From Obrimoposthia wandeli (lineage: Eukaryota), in NCBI GenBank assembly GCA_977020255.1, contig CDROCS010002657.1, positions 248,001-312,000 of the forward strand: 64,000 bases of DNA, given 5' to 3'. Numbering within the stretch: position 1 is the first letter of the stretch; each line of letters begins with the position of its first letter. Below the pieces are notes generated by a model, which was given only the letters and a program-made list of their open reading frames with translations, was not told the origin of the DNA and did not search any database. Both the position numbers and the translations under genes were made by a program. Below are positions 55,291 to 64,000 of this stretch, piece by piece.

Positions 55291-58200
55291 AGTCAGAGAA
55301 ACCAACGAAATACGAAAATCATCTAGGCAACGACAAGCTCCAACCAAATTCATCGATTATGTAGACCAGTCAAATCTTAGTGACGGAGAATGTGATGAAC
55401 TTTGTTTTAATATCTAGTCTTCTAGATAATAGCACTTTTCAAATTTAGTTGAATAAAACTTGTTATTAGTTTCACTTCATTTTTAACCGAGTTTGTTTAT
55501 AGTTTATAGGATTTTTTAAAATTATAATAATATATATTTTCTAAAATCGATTCAACAGTGTATTGGTAATCCAAATTTCTCAATCCCAATATCATTACTT
55601 TACCATTGACAAACATTTACATATAGCTGTGTAAACTTCAAATATCGGAGTACTGGAAACATTTCAGATTCAAACATTCATTCTTCTTTCATCTTTTCAC
55701 TAATTATATAAAGATTTATTTCTATTTGACATTGGCTGAAAGGTGATTGAAGTTATTGTGTTAATTTTTATTTCCTAACGTTGGATTTATATCATTTGGC
55801 AGTGTTTTGCACCCCACAACGCGACAATTTTCTCGAAAAGCTGATTATGAAAATGAAACAATACTAACCCGAAAGAAAAATAACAACTATAAAATCATCA
55901 AACTTGTTCACATATTGTCTCGGCTTACACTCATCGAATAATAAGTATGAAATATCGTCTTCAATTCTTCCTTTATAATTTATATTTACGAGATTCAATA
56001 GACTAAAATTGTTTTCTGTAAATTCTGCTTTATAGATGTATTTACTTGTTATTTTTTGCTCATTTCCTGTTAATGTCTTGCAAACCGTTTATAATTGGAT
56101 TAGGGAAATATATCATATTTATTTAAATAAAATCTAATAATCTAGTTATACCAGTTAGATGTATGTCTTGGTTTGAAATTTTAACAAATTTTTTATCGAT
56201 TAGTTTAAAATATTTTAGAATTCTACGTACCTGATTATGTTTATGAAGGAAATTATGTTAAGATTGAAGCAAACCACAGTCTTATTTTATAGGTGCCCTT
56301 TCTTATTTGATTGGTTCACGCCAAGAAGGAGAACTGTGGAGTATTTAAAACCGGATTTACAGATAATTTTTTGATGCCGATTTTAACGTACAAACTTTGA
56401 AACAGGCGAAAACACCTTTGGATATATTCAATCTAACATTAGAAATATGGGTAATTTGGATTAGAATATAAACAATGGCGTATCACTGGATGATTTCAAA
56501 ACAATTATCCATTTTTCACTTTCGTTTTAATCCCTGACTTTGATATTACACAAAACCACTCAGTCTTGACATCAAGTTTCACAAGTCATTAACAGTCCCG
56601 AAAAATGTACTGATTTACGGGATTCTTGATTCTGAGTTTGAAATAACTAAAGGTCGACGTGTGATTGTATAAATTGAATTTTGAATTTTTGTTATAAGAT
56701 TTTTATTAACCAAAAGTACTGTTCAGATGAATAAAATAACTAGTTTCCTAATCGAATCGCGATTTAAGGGTGTAAAAAATCCCAACATTAACGCCTGGTG
56801 GATATATTGCTAATATGCATACCTCAAATCTGCCTGGAAAACACTGGATTGCGCTATTCATGAGACGGAATTCTGTACATGTGTATGATCCTCTTGTAGT
56901 ATACTATCCGGGAAAACTTATCAAGCATGTAGAGTCTCAAAGAAAACATGTATATTATAACAAAATCCGTTCGCAAAACCCACTGACTACTAATTGCGGT
57001 CCACTATGTATCTTATGGGTGGATGATCAAACCATATAATTGTCAAACCTTTTTATTTGTGTTGATTGGTAATAAAAATTTGTATTCAAAATCGCATGTG
57101 TTTTGTATATAAATTTAACTACCTAGTCGAAATTAATTTTTTTTATAAATAAATTTTGAATTTTGATCATTTAAAAAATAGATTTAAAATCTACTTATCA
57201 AGAGAAAATTAATGGCATGAAATTTTTTTTTTAATTCGGGATCAAACGGTATGACAAACGATTATGAAAAATATCATAATTGGTTATTTAACCGTAATTA
57301 ACCTTTGGATTATGTGATACATGTGTAGCAACTACTTAATAAAGTGTCTTTATGACACAGTCCTTATTCGTCATAAAGAAAGTACACGTGTGTATTTGTG
57401 AGGGCAGTGTTTAAATTTTATAGATAATAATTATCCCGACTGTGATAGCTGCTCGGTAACGAGGGACATTCTATCTCTTGAAATGGAGTCCTAGAGTAAG
57501 CCAAGTAAATTTAGAGGTTACCCGTTACTATTTAAGCCAGGAACAACTGTTGGGTCACTTGTAAATTCTATAGAAAATTTTAATGTAAACGAAATATACT
57601 CGGATTATGAATATATTCCATTTTAAAATATTGTAATCAACTTAAGAAAAGTAAAAATTAGAATATTGATTTAAGTAAACTAAAAACAGACGGTAAGCGC
57701 GGTAAACGATTTCGTCAGAAGCTGTGTAGGTTGAGAAAACTGCCAGCTGATATAACAATATTTGCAAATTTATTTGGGTCTTGCAAACCAGGACTGAAAA
57801 TTATCAATCTATTAAAAATGTCATATAAAGGCTTCAGGACTGATCAAATTTATTTTAACGTAACGGTATGCCCGTGGAAAGGGTTTCTACTAAAAGAAAT
57901 GTTTTAAATGAGAGGACTATTATCCATGTATACCATAAACTTCGAGGAGGAAGTAACTTATATACATTATGCAAATATTGCACTAACGTAAATCATGGAA
58001 TTGAATGTCATAGAGTATTGGTTAAAATTATAATTTTAGAAATGGTTTTATTTGTCCTCAATGTGATGTATTGATTATCATATTTTTTAATGATCATAAG
58101 TATCATCTGACGTATTTTACGTTGAAAATATCAGCGTATAAACGTAAGAAATGGCTTGCTCCTAAAAAACAGTAAAATAGTAAAAACTAATATTTTACCT

Positions 58201-59716
58201 TATTCGAACATTAATAATTACGATTTTGATGAAGAGTTTGATGTGGTAGACTCGTGGTAGCCGGAAAGTATTGTAGAAATTATTAATAATCCTGAAGTTG
58301 TAATTTATGAGACTTTAACCCCTAATCAAATTACATGTGAACCTTTAGAAAGTACTAATGAAATCATAAATAATATATTGATGAACTTATAGATCAGGAC
58401 GAGTTTATAACAGAAAAGGATTTTTTCGACTCGCTCCTGACTATTACAGATGATGACTTTATGATATTGTTTTAATTAATGCCGCTAATACATTAACTTT
58501 TAACAATCAAACATGAGGTGCAATTCAATCAAACCTTATTTTCGATGTAAATGGGTTAAACATGCTTAAACTATTCATTAACGATACTATGCTAACAGAA
58601 CGTACTAGCAGTATAGATATGTTTGGACCATGTAAAATACAGTTTGATTTTAAAACCGAATTTGTCAATAATGAGGGCCAAGATAAAACATGACATGTAA
58701 GCTGTAAAGCAAATATTTTTGAACAAGATTTTATCACTCCAAGACAGTTGACTAAACAATAAAATTGAAATGTATAAGGATATGAGCATGGGATGATCAG
58801 TATTTAAAATATTGTTGGTATCCTTTAAATTTACTGCACTTACAAGTGTATCAGGATCATCATTTATAAAAACCCTGGTTGCGCTTGCTAAAACACTATC
58901 TATAGTGAACGTAAATAATACTTATGATCAGTGTTTTAAATACGCTGTTCTCAGTATCCTACACTATAAAGATCACAATCGAAACAGACATAGAGTTGTA
59001 CACTAAAATGATTATTTAAATGAACTAATATGCGAGCCTGGTCCTATGAGGATAGACTGCATCAAGGCGTTGAAAAACTAAATAATATTGGGATAACAGT
59101 ATTCTACTATAAATCTACAAAGGTAGTGCCTCATAGTAGTTATATAGTGTTTAAAAACCCATATGTTAACGTTATTTATAGAACAAGTCTTAAACAGTGC
59201 GAAAAAGCAGTAAACTTGTTGCTGTTGGAACAGAGAGGTAATTATCACTATACAGGGATTACAAACCTGAACAGACTTTTAAATACTCAAAAATATAATG
59301 TGCGTCTCTTTTGGAGTGAGAAATGTCTTTTCGGTTGTCGAACCACCGTATCATATGACAAACACAGGGCTCATTGTAATATTAATACAGATTTAACAAC
59401 CTTGTTTACGATGCCTAAAGAGACCAAGTGTCAGTTTTCTGACTGGTCTAAATCTGTTGCGCCACCATTTGTTGTCTATGTCGACTTTGAATTAATACTT
59501 GGGCCGCATAATACTTTCAAACACATTCATAAACCGATATCTATAGGGATGATTTTGAAAAACAACACTAATAATTCAATACAATGTTTCAGTTATTACG
59601 GTCTACAGTGTGCTAACATCTTTATAGATTAATGGTGAAGTGACAGATTTTTGGGCAAATAGTATTAATGTTCCTATGATTTTTACTAATAATGACATGT
59701 TGAATTTTAGAGATTG

Positions 59717-61020
59717 TGTTAAGATTAGGTTTTAAATTTAATTAAAATAATTAAACTATTTATATTAAAATAAAAATCCTTGAAAGCAAGGTTATAAATT
59801 AGGATAAATTAATTATAAGAATTAAATTCATAAAAATAAAAGTAGTGGGAAAATATTAAGACCACAAAAGTCATGTGTAAGCATGGGTTATATATAGGAG
59901 AGTTTAAATTATTAAAAGGCCCAAAAAATTACAATTACGAAGAAGCCCAAGAAACAGAATTATTAAGTGAAGAAGAATTCGCCAAGTGACTCAATCAAGC
60001 CAGTGTCAACAATAAGAAGAATTCGCCAAGTGACTCAATCAAGCCAGTGTCAACAATAAGAAGAATTCGCCAAGTGACTCATCTAGCAGTACGGAGCCAA
60101 GTCGTTGATTTAGCGGAATTCGCCGGATCCAAACCAGGGTAAGCACACTTATATTAAGTGTAAGTAAACAACATTGTTTACAGAGCCAACAAGCTGAGCG
60201 ACGCTTGTGGACAGAGCCAAAACTCCGAATGTCACATTATTTACAAAGCCTGTGCCTATTGAAGAAGGTGAGATATATATAAACCCAGGTGATTACTGAT
60301 TGTGGCAGTCATTATTGTGCCAGAAAGTTTGGAATCAGAAAGACTCGTGATCAAATCCGAGCGACGTTTTGTTGAAGAAAGTCTCGGCGATAGATTCCGA
60401 GCACCCAAATCAAGAGAAGCAGACAGCGGAAACGAAGAAGAAGGCAGCACAACTAAAAACGAGGAGAGACCGTCAGAATCACCCAGAACGAGAACCGTAC
60501 AGATGGATCACATCACGTCAAGAGTACCCAGCAGAGGATTGATTAATTGATTAGTGATTTTGATTGATTTGAAGCCTCTATAAAATAGAGCAAGTTTGTA
60601 ATCGCTAAATTACTAGAAAGACTCTATAAATTAGAGCAAGGTTTGATTTTGTGCAACCACCAATATACTAGAGACTCTATAAACCTCCAACCTTAAAATT
60701 AAAATCGATACGTGGTTCATCCCCACTTGTGTAGAGACTTACAGAAGTCTTAGGAATTTTATTGTAATTTTTAGAACGTACTTAAACGTGTTAATTTAGT
60801 GTGCTTAATAATAAACGATTTTCTACAACTAGAAAGCGTTGTTATAAATCCTTCAGATTAAGACAAAAACAACAAACCTTCAGATAAGAATTGAGACATG
60901 CAAGCATAACATTAAGTAGGCCACAACCATCTACAAGTCCTGCTTCTATAGAACTCATATTGGGGCCCTCCACTAAAGAGGATCTATATTAGAACTCAGT
61001 TTCATATAGAAACCCCAACA
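59717..61020 (+). mobile_element. Solo LTR (1,304 bp) inserted in the second pPolB
   Basis: TGTT...AACA with 4-bp TSD ATTG. Removing it rejoins MLNFRD|CTNCYLCKKLNDRIVRDHDH. Confidence 0.95.
59970..60085. repeat. 44-bp tandem repeat (~2.6 copies), each with TGACTCA
   Basis: AAGAAGAATTCGCCAAGTGACTCA starts at 59970, 60014, 60058. Confidence 0.9.
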
Positions 61021-64000
61021 ATTGCACTAATTGCTATTTATGTAAAAAATTAAACGATCGTATAGTTAGAGATCATGATCATATCACGGGCAAATACTTG
61101 GGTGTAGCATGAAACAAATGCAATTTATGTCACAAGTTTGCAAAGACACCAGTTTTGCATGTAGTGTTTAACAACCATATGGGTTATGATAAACATCATA
61201 TTCTAAAATATGCCGACTTAAAATGTTTATTCTTCTCAATTATCCCTAAGTCAAGTGAAAACTTCATGTCCTTCCGTATAGAGATGAAGATGGGGACATT
61301 GAAATTTATTGATTCTTACCATTTTACAACGTCAAGTCTTGAATCATTAGTTTCATACTTGCCAAGTTGTCCGTATACTACATAATACCTAAATCCAAAT
61401 ATTGTAGTAAGCATGGCGGTATTTTCATATTAATATAGCAGCGGCATTGACAGGCTTATGGAGAGTCAGTTACCATCTAAATCTGAGTTTCCAACCTGTC
61501 ACTGATCAACAATATAACGAATCCCAAATGATGTGGACCGTATTAGGGTGTAATGCTATTGAAGACTACATGCTCGAGTATATAAAATTAGATATGTATT
61601 TGTTATGCAATGTTTTGAGGCCTTTAGACAGTAAGTAAGGGATGATGATAATCTAGAAGCGCTCAATTTCTTTAGTATCCTCTGTCTCAGTTGGATTAGT
61701 TTGTTAAAAAAGTTATAGTATGAAGTGGTTTATTGAATGACTTCGAAATGTATAACATGTTTGAGGCAGGGATACAGGGATGGATGACTTTCATCAATTA
61801 ACATTACTTTAAAACAACAGATGAAACATTCCTCCTATACATGGACATCACTAACTTATATGGCTGGGCCTTGAGTCAACCGTTACCACATACAGATTTT
61901 ACATGGGTATATGACAATTTTGAAGCGACATGTGAGCTTATAACTGAGATGAATATTCACGGTAATATGCAGGACTTAAGTCTTAAGGAACATGGATACT
62001 TGTTGAAAATCGATTTACACATACCCATCAGTATCCATGATAAACGTGATGACTTATCGATCGCGTCTAATAGAGAAATCCCTCACGGCTAAAAAGCCTC
62101 AAAGCTGTTGATGACCCATGAGGATAAATATAATTACATAATACACTCACAATTACGACAATTTTACTTGTTTCTGCGAGCAAAAATTAAACAAGTACAT
62201 AGAGCAATAAAGCTTCATCAAGCTTTAATATTTAAAACATATATTGACACCAATAGCAAGAAACGGGTAGAGGGTACTACTACATTTGAGAAAGAATTTA
62301 ATAAACTGAAAAAAACTCAATGTATGGTAAGACGGTGGAAAATCTTAAAAAACGTAAAGATATCCATCTTACCAAGAATGAGCGGCAGTTCACTAAACTT
62401 GTTTCAAGCCCTTGGTTTAAGAAGAATACTCAAATAACCGACAGTTTCAATCTTTTATTTATACAGAAGAAAGAGATTTGTCTGGATCGAACCTCATATT
62501 GGTCAAGCTGTGTTGAACTTATCTAAACTTCGTAAGCAATATCATTGTTATATCAACATAGTGGCAATGGATACAGACTCGCTTTTCATAGAGTGTAAGC
62601 ATGTAGATAAAGATGTACTCTTAAAACAAATGATTGAAGATCAGCTGTTAGATACTAGTAATTACCCGCTCACACATGAGTTATTTAACGATTCTCATCG
62701 AAGTGTGATTGGAAAGTTTAAAGATGAAAGCTAGGAGACAGTGCTTTATGATGAATGGGTATTTCTGAAACCTAAATGCTACTCATTGAAAACGAGTATG
62801 AGGGCTAAGGGAATCTCCCCTAAACAAACCGACATCAGACATGAGCATTAGATCAAGTGTTTAATCGATGATGAAATTATAACTGCCAGCCATAAACGTA
62901 TTTTATCGCGTAAACATAAATTATTTACAATGTTTAATGATAAAATTGTGTTAAGGTGTTATGACGACAAAAGGGTTTGGACTGAGAAAAATAAATCCGT
63001 TGCATATGGACACTATAGTCTAAGATAGGTGTATAAAATCTGGGGTAACCTCTTGACGGTATTGGCTGATATCATTTTTCTCATTGTATAGATGTAATAA
63101 ACAGTCATTGTATATATATTTTTAAACAGTAGTATGTATATTTGTATTTATGTTTATTTTTAATAAATTGTATGTATCATAATCTTGTCTTGATTTCCTA
63201 CTAGCTCCTCATTTCATTGGATAATTTCAACGAATTATCTATAAATATATACTTATTTCAACCAATTTCTCATTATTTCTCATTATTTCAAATGACTACT
63301 TCTAAAGATAAATTGTAAGCTCTCCGTGATAACCTGAGCTCAACTCTGACTGCTAAGTATGCTGACTCATACTTTCCCCTATTTGTTGCTGCAGAACATT
63401 TTATCACAAGGATTGAAGAACTTTATATGTACCACCTGCTTAATGGAGACATGAAGCCTAAAGCTGCAACAATCATTAAAGTAAAGAAGAAAGTAGGGAT
63501 TATGAAGATACATGTTGTAAGGATAATGATATGGAATATAATTATGTATAAACATCGACATTTTACTAGCCTCCTAATATAAACAATAACCTTTGCAAGA
63601 TTAAAGCTGCGATAGCGGTCCGGTTATGCGGGCAGTCTAACTCCTGAAATGGGATTGCCGTACTAAGTAAATTAAATAGTTGTAAATTGAACTTGGTATT
63701 CTAACTTGGGCGGTCAATTGTGTAAAAATCATAAAATGACTCTATCGTAACAAATACATATTTGAAATAATCATAACAAATTTGATATTAAAAATTTTAA
63801 TGAATCTGATATAACAATTTTAATATTTTTAATTTCAAGTCTACGCAAAATGTGATGTACATACAAAATGTATAGGTAAATTTAATCTACATAATCGAAA
63901 ATTGACACGAAAGACCAATCTCCAGGATTGAATACGTAAGGTGTCGGTTCAAAAACAATAGCACACAAAGTGTACCCCTACTAGAACAAGGAACAAAAAA

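Larger units (their letters stand above)
33105..55479 (+). mobile_element. Decayed Ty3/gypsy LTR retrotransposon hosting nested insertions
   Basis: ~89-bp direct repeats TGTGATGAACTTTG...CACTTCA at 33105-33193 and 55391-55479, the latter preceded by a purine-rich tract. gag lies at 33388-33853 and pol in PR-RT-RH-IN order at 52949-55290. I could not find a clean TSD or PBS, so the true LTR limits are uncertain. Confidence 0.8.
56350..63028 (+). mobile_element. Second, heavily decayed Polinton fragment (MCP 3' end, protease, orphan ORF, pPolB)
   Basis: MCP tail FGYIQSNIRNMGNLD...FTFVLIPDFDI...LIYGILDSEFEITKGRRVIV* (to 56672); protease GKHWIA/YDP/NCG at 56815-57039; pPolB pieces 58500-63028 alignable to the first copy and ending KSVAYGHY. 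No TIRs seen. Confidence 0.92.

Noticed and set aside
63300-63561. Possible host exon with a hydrophobic segment near the window end
   Set aside because: No start, no convincing splice pair, no recognisable motif.
1-64000. rRNA, tRNA or snRNA genes
   Set aside because: None recognisable; the only tRNA-related signal is the PBS-like 17-mer at 52915-52931.

Overview
AT-rich eukaryotic (animal) genomic DNA with GT-AG spliceosomal introns. A planarian/flatworm source is my guess only. The only host genes I can support are two convergent 8-exon tetraspanin paralogues, both missed by the ORF track: 558..18252 (+) and 26946..29996 (-). They have identical exon phases and a conserved CCAAT/TATA promoter but about 7.6-fold different intron content. 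The rest is layered mobile DNA. (1) A DD37D maT transposon is split by a hAT element, which is itself split by a solo LTR (20.2-24.3 kb). (2) A Ty3/gypsy element (33.1-55.5 kb) is interrupted by a BEL/Pao element whose Gag carries a ubiquitin-like domain. That element is in turn interrupted by a full-length 16,190-bp Polinton/Maverick (36233..52422, 6-bp TSD GGCCTA). (3) A second, decayed Polinton (56.4-63.0 kb) has a solo LTR inside its polymerase. The full-length Polinton is the most interesting object. Besides the core genes (pPolB, protease, major and minor capsid, integrase, ATPase) it carries a TBP-like gene, a dual-specificity pseudophosphatase, an IAP and a tail-anchored orphan. It has at least three apparent spliceosomal introns, one inside pPolB and built from a copy of the element's own TIR. 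Its TIRs are packed with AGGTCA nuclear-receptor half-sites. Most core genes carry nonsense or frameshift lesions, so this copy is probably inactive. All assignments come from manual motif reading; no searches were run.
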